From Felis catus (Eukaryota), in the NCBI RefSeq assembly GCF_018350175.1, contig NC_058368.1, forward strand, positions 33,730,001 to 33,794,000: a stretch of 64,000 nt of DNA, in the 5' to 3' direction. The notes beneath the pieces were generated by a model. That model did no database searches, had not been told where the DNA came from, and worked only from the letters and a program-made list of their open reading frames with translations. Below, piece by piece: positions 25,524 to 35,697 of the stretch. How positions within the stretch are numbered: position 1 is the first letter of the stretch; the number at the start of each line of letters is the position of its first letter. The position numbers were made by a program, and so were the translations under genes.

Positions 25524-26323
25524 GTAAAATTAACTTTACTTTCAGGTCAGTCTTGCCAGAATTATACTATAAAACAGACCAATGAGTTCACAGTATGCAT
25601 AATGACCCTATTAAGAATATCACCAACTATAATGTAAACATCATCACTGAGGCAATAGTATTCAGTTCCTGAAACACAGAACATGCTAAATTCCTTAGCC
25701 TATTTTCCCTAATAACTTCATGTACAATTCAGGAACAAAAATAAATGTCAGTTAAGTTGAAATATACATTACAACTAAATTACAATGCAATTCCTAATTA
25801 TTCTTAGTGTGTCCTTTCATGATGAAAAAAGAAAAGCAATTTTAGTACAGTGTATTATTGGTTTCTAAATCTTCTGAATAATGAATTAAAAAAGAATCTT
25901 GTAAAAATGATACAATAACCATATAACGTATATCTCTGTTATCTCTAGTTTGCTGAACTCTAAAGCACAACACCCACAGTAATATTTTCTAAAATTTATT
26001 GTAATTTATACTAAACTATGCAGTAAATAAACCCAACTATAGTTTTTTTTACTATTTTATATTCATTTAATTTGTATAAAACCTTCTATTATTATTATAA
26101 TCACTAAGTCTGCTAAGCTTGAGTAAGATGTATGTCACACAAAATATATTGGACCTCTGTATGAAATTTGGCAAGACGAAGAAAAATGTTTTCCTTATGA
26201 GTGATATTTACTATTTTAATACGCTACTTATGTACTATAACCAGTTTAGTGAAAGTTGTTCCTCTTCTTTTTTTGGTTAATAAAATAATAGTTCCACAAC
26301 TGAAAAATTTAGCTATCTCCAGC

Positions 26324-26445
26324 ATACTTCAATTCTTACAAAATACTTTATGATATTTCAATTCTTAGATACTTTAATTATTAAAAAAAATTATAGATAC
26401 TTCAATTCTTAAAAATACTTACAATGCTAGATACTTCAATTCTTA
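26324..26445. repeat. Degenerate ~15-16 bp minisatellite (GATACTTCAATTCTTA)
   Basis: Five recognisable copies near 26324, 26352, 26368, 26396 and 26430, plus partial AAATACTT units. Confidence 0.8.
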
Positions 26446-26585
26446 GAGTATTTTTACAGCTTTATATTTGAATAATGCATAGTCACTATATTTCTGCTAT
26501 CTGACATATTTTATATTTGCCTAGATGAAAGTAATTCACAAAGCACTCTTACAGAATCTGCTTTTTTTCTTGTGTAAGCAAGATA

Positions 26586-26806
26586 ATTTTTTTTCTTTTT
26601 TTAATGTTTACTACTTTGAGAGAGAGAGAGAAACAAAAAGAGCAAATGAGCAGGGGATGGTCAAAGAGAGACAGAGAGAGAATCCCAGGCAGCCTCTGCA
26701 CTATCCACACAGAACCCAATGCAGGGCTCAATTCCACGAATCGTGAAATAATGACCTGAGCCAAAATCAAGAGTCAGACACCTAACCAACTGAGCCAGCC
26801 AGGCAT
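26586..26806 (-). mobile_element. Can-SINE (older, diverged)
   Basis: Poly-T, GA tract, ATGACCTGAGCCAAAATCAAGAGTCAGAC...AACCAACTGAGCCAGCCAGGC. Confidence 0.9.
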
Positions 26807-26984
26807 TTTTTTCTTTCTTAATGTCAGGCAAGAAGAAATTTAGAAATGCCAAATTCAAGTTTTACTCAAATCAAAAGCAACTATAATAATCTTAAAGAGC
26901 ACTCCAATTCAGTTTTATTAGATGTCTAAATATATAATTTGGAATCATTAATTGATGTTCCAAAACAAGTGTTTCCAAGATCAA

Positions 26985-26987
<3 letters not shown>

Positions 26988-27032
<45 letters not shown>
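26988..27032. repeat. (CA)n microsatellite
   Basis: About 22 CA units. Confidence 0.95.
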
Positions 27033-27033
<1 letters not shown>

Positions 27034-27154
27034 CACATATCTCTTTATTGAAACAGTTCTGAGAACTTAATGTGCATTTAATTCTCCAAGAAAAAACAAA
27101 TATATAATATTCCCCAGGCTTATTTCGTAAAAAATATTTTTAGCTGAACTTTTT

Positions 27155-27370
27155 AAAAAAAATTTTATTACATTTATTTATTTTTGATAGACAGAGACAG
27201 ACAGAGCGCATGTGGGGGAGGGGCAGAGAGAGAAGGAGACAGAATCCGAAGCAGGCTCCAGGCTCCCAGTTGTCAGCACAAAGCCCAAGCTGGGCAGGGA
27301 GTCACAAACCGCGAGATCATGACCTGAGCCAAAGTGGGACGCTCAACCGACTGAGCCACCCAGGCGCCCC
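27155..27370 (-). mobile_element. Can-SINE (SINEC_Fc type)
   Basis: Full structure ending CCACCCAGGCGCCCC; TGAACTTTT on both flanks. Confidence 0.95.
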
Positions 27371-27426
27371 TTAAGTGAACTTTTATAAAATTCCATGGGG
27401 AAAAAAAATTCCACAGGAACAGCTGC

Positions 27427-27613
27427 TTTTTTTTTTTTAATGTTTATTTATTTTTGAGAGAGAGAGAGAAAGAGTGTGAACAGATTCTGAAATAGGCTCT
27501 AAGGCTCCGAGCTGTCAGCACAGATCCCAATGCAGGGCTTAAACTTGGGAAGGGGGAGATCAGGACCTAGGCCGTAGTTGGACACTATATCAACTGAGCC
27601 GCCCAGGTGCCCC
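27427..27613 (-). mobile_element. Can-SINE with internal deletion
   Basis: TSD TCCA(C/T)AGGAACAG at 27410-27422 and 27614-27626. Confidence 0.92.
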
Positions 27614-27698
27614 TCCATAGGAACAGTTTTTCGCTGAACAAATATTTAGGAAAACAAAAGTAGAATATTTTCTTTACTCCTTTAATGAACTGAGAATA

Positions 27699-27990
27699 GG
27701 GGTTGCTTGGGTGGCTCAATGCATTGAGCGTCAGACTTCAGCTCAGGTCATGATCTTACGGTTCATGAGTTTGAGCCCTGCATAGGGCTCTGTGCTGGCA
27801 GCTCAGAGCCTGGAGCTTATTTCAGATTCTGTGTCTCCCTCTCTCTCTGCCCCACCCCTGTTCACGCTCTGTCTTTGTCTCTCTCAAAAATAAATAAACA
27901 TTAAAGAAAATAAAATTAAATAAAATTAACAAAAATAAATTAAATACATAAACATTAAAAAATAAAAATAAAAAAATAAAAAAGTAAAGA
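27699..27990 (+). mobile_element. Can-SINE (SINEC_Fc type) with long A-rich tail
   Basis: Full head and CT tract; TGAGAATA on both flanks. Confidence 0.95.
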
Positions 27991-29513
27991 TTGAGAATAT
28001 ATTTAATTTTCCCCATAATGCAGTATGGATATATATTATATAAATAAAATATAAATATAATATATATGTAAAATAAAGAAAATTATAAAATATAATGCAT
28101 ACCTAAAATAAAAAAGTATGGGTTAATAAATATATTAATAAAATATAAGAATAGATATATAAATAAAATATACATGTATAAAATATACATATATAAAATA
28201 TACATATACATATAAAACATGAAATATATATATAATACATATATACAATAAAGTGTTTTAATTTATGTAAGTTTAAAACTACCTTTATTTTATTTATTTT
28301 AAAGGTTTGGACCAAATGGGCAGTACAAAGTATATTTGCAATTCACCGACAGTATCTGCAAACTAAAATAAAAATATTGAGCAGAAAATGCGCTGGCCAT
28401 ATTTAAACTAAAATTTTCATCATTTACAATGTTTTTACAAATAGACCATTCAGTAGATATCTTCTTAGTGTTTCTATCCAATATTGTTTTTGTTTGTTTG
28501 TTTGTTTGTTTCTTTTTATGTTTTGCTGTATTTAAAATTTTCCACCTGGGCAGTTCAAAGCCCATTTTCATCAAGCTTTCAAGGAATGATTAATATGATT
28601 TTCAATAAAGACTCCACATAATTATATTGAATACGTACATTTTTACTGTTTACATTTTATATTTACAGTTCACCTGATACATTATTTACATTTACCAGAA
28701 GAAATATATTCGGTCCTAGAAAAAATTGCTTAATAAAATTTAAGTATTCAGGTAGCTTCAGTAATGTCATCATGCTTTAATAACTAAATAAATAAAATTA
28801 GAACAAGGTTTTTTGACGTATATCGGAAATTTTTTTTCCTCCATAGAACTAACCAAAATAGCACATGTAATTATAGTGATCCTTTAAGAACAGAAAAAAC
28901 ATTCACAAGTTCAGAAAATGGTTTAAGACACATGGGGTTCCATCTGCTACCTGCTCTACTTTTAAAGAACAAACCCCAAACCAGGGTAGAATCAGTGAGC
29001 TGCATTCTGAATCTGAAAATCCATCAGTGCCAGCTCTGAAACAAGTAAATAGATTCCTCTTCTATTATAGAATGGGAGTCGTCTGTCCTGACCACCTTCC
29101 TCCCTCAGACCCACCATAAAATCTGCTTCATAGCTTGCCACAATTTTTTAAATCATACTTCAGTTTATTACTTTGGGACAAAGCATCAATATTCCAGGAG
29201 GCTCCCGGAATATACAAATTTATTAACTGAAATATTATTCACTTAATACCCCATTCAACACTACTCAGTGTTTCAAACTGTCTACCACAGTACAGTGATT
29301 CTCCAATTTTTGGTCTCAGGATCCCTTTACATTCTTAAAATGTATTAAGCACCCTAAGGAACTCTTGCTTATGCAGGTTATAGCTCTCTTTATTTAGTAC
29401 TAGAAATTCAACTGATACCTTTTATAAATATTTATTGATCGCTTTTAAAACAACAAGAGTAAACCAATTATACATTAACCTACATCCCATACTTTTAATG
29501 GAAAAAATTGTTT

Positions 29514-30160
29514 TGTATCAGTCTCAGCAGAGTGATAGTGATGCTATCTATCACGATGTCTGTGGACACTCACCTGGGTTCCTGCTATCGTGGGAGCCAC
29601 CTTAGACAATTCCCAGCCAAAACCAATGTTGTGAGTAGACCAGCCTTTGTGGTTCTTATTGTGATTGCAAGACACATCTCAGCAACAACCATCAGGGAAC
29701 TTTGGAAAAACAAAAACAAAAACAGAGTTGATTATTCACAAGTTTTGAAGCGTACCAGGTATGCTTGGGGCCACACGGAGAGGTAGAGACAGAATAGACT
29801 TGGCATTCTGCCTTTATCGGAGTAAAGGAGTGGTTGCCCTTATTGGAGAATTTAAAACATAAAAGTAGGAATTAAAGTGCAGGGAAGGGAAAAGCAGGGT
29901 CACTGTAGACATCAATTATCTAGCTTATCTAGTTTTTTAACAGGGGGACTTCATGGGTGAGGTATCCTGGCTCTTTCTCTAGTTGTATAGCTGGCAACAT
30001 GCTTATTCTAGATAAATATCTTCAAAATGGATTCCTTGGGGTGCCTGGGTGGCTCAGGTGGTTAAGCCTCTGATTTCAGCTCATGTCATGATCTCGGGTT
30101 CGAGCCCCACATGAGGCTCTGTGCTGACAGCTCAGAGCCTGGAGCCTGCTTCAGATTCTG

Positions 30161-30211
<51 letters not shown>

Positions 30212-30344
30212 GCCCCTCCCCCACTTGTACTCTGTTTCTCATAAATGAATAGATGTTGAAAAAAAATTTTAAATAATAAATAAAATGAAATGGATTGTTC
30301 AGCTATCAAAGATTAATGTAAGGCATTTACATACACTGCCTACA
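29514..30344. mobile_element. Solo LTR-like insertion, family not identified
   Basis: TGTATCAG...CTGCCTACA termini interrupting the hAT element; degenerate 5-bp flanks TGTTT/TGCAT. Confidence 0.6.
30038..30287 (+). mobile_element. Can-SINE (SINEC_Fc type) nested in the LTR
   Basis: Full structure; AAATGGATT on both flanks. Confidence 0.95.
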
Positions 30345-31588
30345 TGCATTTTCCAAAACAAAAAGAATGGTTAGACGAGTTCATTGCTTTACATTTTTAT
30401 AAATCTCTTTAGTGGCTGGATTAATGGAAGACAATTGGATTGTCATATCAGCTCTGCATTCAGCCTACTGTAATAATATGTCACATATCCTTTGGAAACT
30501 CCACCAAAGAATCTTAGTCTTGTAAAATAGTTTTGACTTGATATACACCCTATTAGTATTATCTGGTGACTCCTAGCATCCCCTAAACCCTTCCAAAGTC
30601 TACGTAAAGTCAAAACTCTGGTGTAGTAGTTATCACCATTCCTGAAAAAACTCCAGAAGAAATAGACAGCATATGGAGATAAATACCAGAATAGGGCCTG
30701 GGACAGAAGGGCATCAATATGTCAACAGACAGTGGGTAAAATGTATTAGAAGGGTGGAGGTTATGGAAAACCCCCCAACCAAGTTTCACTAACTTTTATA
30801 CAATTTCCCTGAGCTGGCTCTGTGAAATTATTAATTATTGAGCTAAGACATTTTCTTGACTTTTTATATTTAGGTTCATTTCTTATATTGAAGTTGATTT
30901 ACCACACTGCAATTTTTGGGATGCACTTTTACTCGTCCTTCCTACAGTACAATATAGGTCCAAGAAAACAACACTGACTGCAAAAGATTGCCACATCTTA
31001 CAGCATGTATTTATTTCCCTTCTAGTCAATTGTGTTCCCTTTCTGAACACAACCAAAGGAGTGCCATAAAGGTAGAATCCAACCAGGAGTAACTGTTTAC
31101 TTCTTAGTTGAAAGTAATCCACTCTTCACTTCAGAGCGTATACAGTCTGAGACAAAGTAACAACCCAGGCACTGAGATCCAGAATTGCACACTTTGACAT
31201 TTTTATCAGTTTCCTTTATACTTACTTTACTTACCAGTTCTTTATGTGAAAATAAAACATAATTTTAATTATATACTTTCTCAGGATATTTAAAGGATAA
31301 GATATGGACACAATCTGCATTCTATATTTAAATATTGCTTTTTTCTGCACACACCTGGCCTTTCTTCTATTGAAAGTGATTATTGTAGACAGGACTCCTG
31401 ATTTTGGAAACACAAAATCTTAAACTTAGAATAATATTTTAATTGTACATGAAAATATATAATAGTCATATAAGTTTATAAATATAAACAAAATTATATA
31501 AACACATTGTGGCTTCAAAAAAGGAGTTACACATAATGCTGTGAAATAACTGAATCTTAAATTACACACAAATTATAGTCTTTTCCTT

Positions 31589-31614
31589 TTTTTAATGTTC
31601 ATTTATGTTTTTTG

Positions 31615-31664
<50 letters not shown>

Positions 31665-31826
31665 AGAGCGAGCATGAGCAGGGATGGGGCAGAGAGAGAG
31701 GGGGACAGAGTATCCGAAGTAGGCTCTGTGCCAATAGCAGAGAGCCCAACGCAGGGCTTGAACTCACCAACCATGAGATCCTGACCTGAGCTGAAGTCGA
31801 ATGCTCAATACCACCAAGGCACCCCC
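31589..31826 (-). mobile_element. Can-SINE with (GA)n expansion
   Basis: TSD ATAGTCTTTT(C/T)CTT at 31575 and 31827. Confidence 0.95.
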
Positions 31827-34145
31827 ATAGTCTTTTTCTTAAGAAAGGAAAACATTTCTAATTGTGATATGCCAGAGTGAAAGAACAAAGAAATAATACA
31901 GAGTGAGAAATAGTTTTAGGTTAGGAATTCACACCCAACTTAGATTGTTCTATTGGAATATAAAATTTAATTTGAATAAGAAATGTAAAATGATTTTCAT
32001 GTAAAAATGTAAGAACGTAGAATATGTTAAAATATATAAAATCAGGAAGGGTTAGTCTATGGCGATGATTAGTTATTGAATTCAGAACTTCTTGAATGAA
32101 AATAATGGCAGCCATTGAAGGAATTGTTGAAGTCAAATGTGTCTTAAATAAATGTATCGCACAGGTTATGCCCGGGAATGGGATTTAGGAGAACATGTTG
32201 AGCTTGTTCCTGTATTTCCAGAGATAACGGAGTCGCTTTGTGTAAGGTTCTTGATTGCTTCCTCAAGATAAACCCAACCAGGATATTGCTGGGTGGGTAA
32301 GACCGCTAACATCCACCCAAACGTGGTCAGGCTATGTGTTCTCTGAGCTTATTAAGAATCAGAAGAGTGACATTTTCCCCATGTGATATATGGCCCTTGT
32401 AAAGAAAATAAAACTCCAGAGAAAGGTGTACACATTTAGAAAGGAATATACAGTTCTAGAGCTCTCTCCATCACCAAGGGAAGGTATATATATAATGCAG
32501 GGGTAGGGGGATACACCATTACAAGCAGATTTCCGCAGAATCTGCATTGTCACTGGCTGATTAACAATCAGCCATCTGCTCAACTAGGTTTCCTGACCCC
32601 TGAGTAGCAGACCAAGTGCATGTTGTTAACTGAACTTTAGAATGAGGTAAGAGAACATTCAATAAGGACATCAAAATTTCAACTTTGATTCAGAATATGA
32701 GGGAATCCTTCATTTTTTGGTAAAAAAAAAAAAAAAAAACTCATCTTGAATTTACAAGAAGTTACCAAAGGCAACACAATAACTTCTTAAAATTTTGTAA
32801 GAAACTACCAAACATTTAAGAAATGGATTTTATGGGTGTTTGACTTTAAATATCAATTTTTACTGGTCTAAGTTAAGTGTGATCATTTCTGTTGCCCCAT
32901 ATTTGCTAACACTACAATTTGGGGACACACCATGTTTTGGTCTGTATTATGAAAATTGAATAACCTTCTTTTCTTCCTATGCTGAGAAACTTAGAAGAAA
33001 CCGCAGAAGACCACCATTTTATTGTTCCCATTTGTTCTCTAGTCTTTTATTCTTTCCCATATATTTCACATATGGTGCTCCATATACTTAGCAGCAACAG
33101 TGCAGGTAACAACATATATTTACAACAGGTGCTCATGAATAAAACCAAATAAAAAGGTAAAACCTCCTAGATTCTGCAGTAGAATTCAGTTCCCACTGTT
33201 GAGTTTTTCAAGCAGCTACACGGCCTGTTCTCCACCGTCATAAAATAGCTCCAACACATGGAATCCAAATAACAATAATAAATATTGCTGGCCATTTGGC
33301 TCTGGAGATGAGAATCACATCTTCATTTTCTCAGCAATGTATTTGTTAACCTACATTGAATGGCAACACAGATTATTTAATCTTCATATTTATACTAGTT
33401 ATTATCCCTATTTCCATACAAAATGGAATTGCCAAAAGTTAAAAAGCTGATTTAAAAAAAACCAGAAAACAAAACAAACAAAAAAAAAAAACCTCAAGCT
33501 TTTTCACTAACATTCCTAAAAAAATTCTACTCATCTAATTTTCTTACTAGGCTTGTGTTAATAGCTAAAGATTTCTATTGCAACTTATTGTGAACAAAAA
33601 GACAGTATTCATGACAAAGAGGTTCTGATTTTCAAAAGAGCCGCAAGTACCAGTAAAAAAAAAAATCATTTCCAAATGTTCCTTCCCAAAATGTCTACTT
33701 TGATTATTTGATTCTGTTTGAACTGTTATTTTTAAGTGAAATATAACCTATAGCACATGACTAACTCTCCATAATTCAATATATTGTTTTTAAACTGATC
33801 TATGTATATGGATCATGCATACCCAATGAAGTTTTTCATGATTCCCCAAAAGCCCGTCACTTGTTATTACATATGTAGTGATACCTCAATTAACACTTTT
33901 TTACTAACAAAATAAATCAAATTTAAAGCATAAACTGAAAAATAACATGTTCACTGTAATTTGTAAAAATGGCAAACTGTTTCATCATTAGAGCAAGATT
34001 AACAAATGAAAGCACTTGGCAAAACTCCTTTACATAGATTTATAAAAGAGAAGCATTGATCTTGCCATTCTTTCCTAAAACAATAAAATCTGTCACCAGT
34101 TTAGTTCAGATCTAACTCTGAACAAAAGTTGTAAGAAGGTGTTTT

Positions 34146-34269
34146 GGGGCACCTGGGTGGCCAGTCGGTTAAGCATCTGACCCTTGATCTAAGCTCAGGT
34201 CTTGACCTGGGTCATGAGTTGAAGCCCCATGTTGGGCTCCATGCTGAGCATGGAACCTACTTAAAAAAG
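34146..34269 (+). mobile_element. Short Can-SINE (tRNA head plus A tail, no CT tract)
   Basis: GGGGCACCTGGGTGGCCAGTCGGTTAAG...GGAACCTACTTAAAAAAGA; ~20-bp TSD at 34126-34145 and 34270-34289. Confidence 0.9.
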
Positions 34270-34735
34270 AAGTTATAAGAAGGCATTTTGCCTTCACGCA
34301 TTAAAATAACAAGAGGATTTTTAATAAATATAATGGATTTGGCAAATGTAAATAGAAAGTTCTTGTGTTATGCTGAATATATAACCAAAAAAAATCCTAA
34401 TAAGAAAATTTCAGGATCATAAACAATATTAATTGAAAGTCTCCATTCCAGAACTAAATGGTACAGTGATTTAACTAAATAGTTTAACATACTTCCAAGT
34501 AGAAATAATTCACAAATTTGTGAGAACAAAATATATACCATATTTGCTTATTTTCCTTTTAAGCACTCAATATACAAATTCCTTTGATAATTATTCTTCA
34601 CCTCAAGTTCCTTCCATATTTTGTTGATGCAAATTCATTCCAAATGGTTTTCAAGGGCTTTCCTTCCTTCCCAGACTTTCCATTATACTTTCTAAGACCT
34701 CATATATATGATTAACACTCTCCCCTACACTCCTT

Positions 34736-35168
34736 GTGCGTGTGTGTGTATGTGTGTGTGTGTGCAGTTTTATAACTTTTTTTGACAAACAGTGGTTACT
34801 TCCCATCCATATTGATTGTCTGTAGAGTTTTGAAAATGGTGACATGCACACTTGTAAAGAATGTACAGAGGTTGGTTGGTGAATCGTCATCTTCACTTCT
34901 GGACAACCACACACAGGTACAGTAGGAAACATTCCTTATTCCCTTGGCCCAGGCAGCCTTGTTAAGCCTTGTCTCAATGTGCACATTTGAAGTTCCAATC
35001 TCTTTCTCAGCACATTTCTGAATCTCTGAGTGTCCAAGGGGGATTCTGAAGGATGCACTTGTGCATGTTGATGGTATATTCTCTGGTCACCACCTCATTG
35101 ATGGCAAAAAGGCTCTCCTTGCCACCCTTCTTTGCAGAGTCCATCCCACTAGGCACAGGTTGGAAACA
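34736..35168 (-). pseudogene. RPL31: Processed pseudogene of 60S ribosomal protein L31 (eL31)
   Basis: Two frames give [24 protein letters not shown] and [17 protein letters not shown]...DSP...[10 protein letters not shown], matching RPL31; intronless, frameshifted, with deletions; ATG 35144, stop 34796; pyrimidine-rich 5' leader, 3'UTR remnant and TSD ACTCTCCCCT.. at 34717 and 35169. Confidence 0.95.
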
Positions 35169-35697
35169 ACTCTCCCCTGCCCTCTTAAACATTTTATGAA
35201 AGCTTAATTTCACCCCTTGAACCTAATTGAAAGCTGTTATTATTTTTTTACATAATCTCTTCTTTCTCCATCACTCATCATAATTAAGTGTGAAAAGTCA
35301 GAATTTGACCCCATTAATCCTCACTGATTAATCCTTAGTGATGTTACTACTCCATATTTTTATAAAAATATACATACAAAAATTTTGTCTTTTATGCTAT
35401 TTTGTGAGATCCAGCTTTTATCTCTGCTGGTTTCTGTTAATTTTCATCTAACCAGCTACCCTACTTGATTCACTGACCACTTGCCATTTGGCTCAGACTC
35501 CTCCTTTGTGCGTCAAGCAAAGGTTTATGATCTGCTCAATACCGTGGACTCCCTGCTTTTTAACCCATACATCTCCAGTGTGGTTTTTTTGTTCGCTTGT
35601 TTTTTGTTTTTTTTTGTTGTTGTTGTTTTGTTTTGCTTTCTTTGCACCCTGCTCGGTACCCTTCTCCACCTACCCTGTTATCACTTCAAAATCTATC

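Larger units (their letters stand above)
29293..30600 (-). mobile_element. Charlie1-family non-autonomous hAT element (MER119-like), split by an LTR
   Basis: Left part CAGTGATTCTCCAATTTTTGGTCTCAGGATCCCTTTACATTCTTAAAA (29293-29513) resumes as TTTTCCAAAACAAAAAG...AAATAGTTTTGAC after 30345. Confidence 0.75.

Noticed and set aside
26324..26445. CRISPR-like repeat-spacer appearance
   Set aside because: Mammalian DNA; the repeats are too short, the spacers are irregular and repeat-derived, and there are no cas genes.
28030..28260. Extremely AT-rich tract as a possible origin or matrix-attachment site
   Set aside because: Low-complexity (TA/TAAAA) sequence next to a SINE tail; function cannot be supported from sequence alone.
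34796..35144. Functional RPL31 retrogene
   Set aside because: Frameshift, internal deletions and many substitutions at conserved residues.
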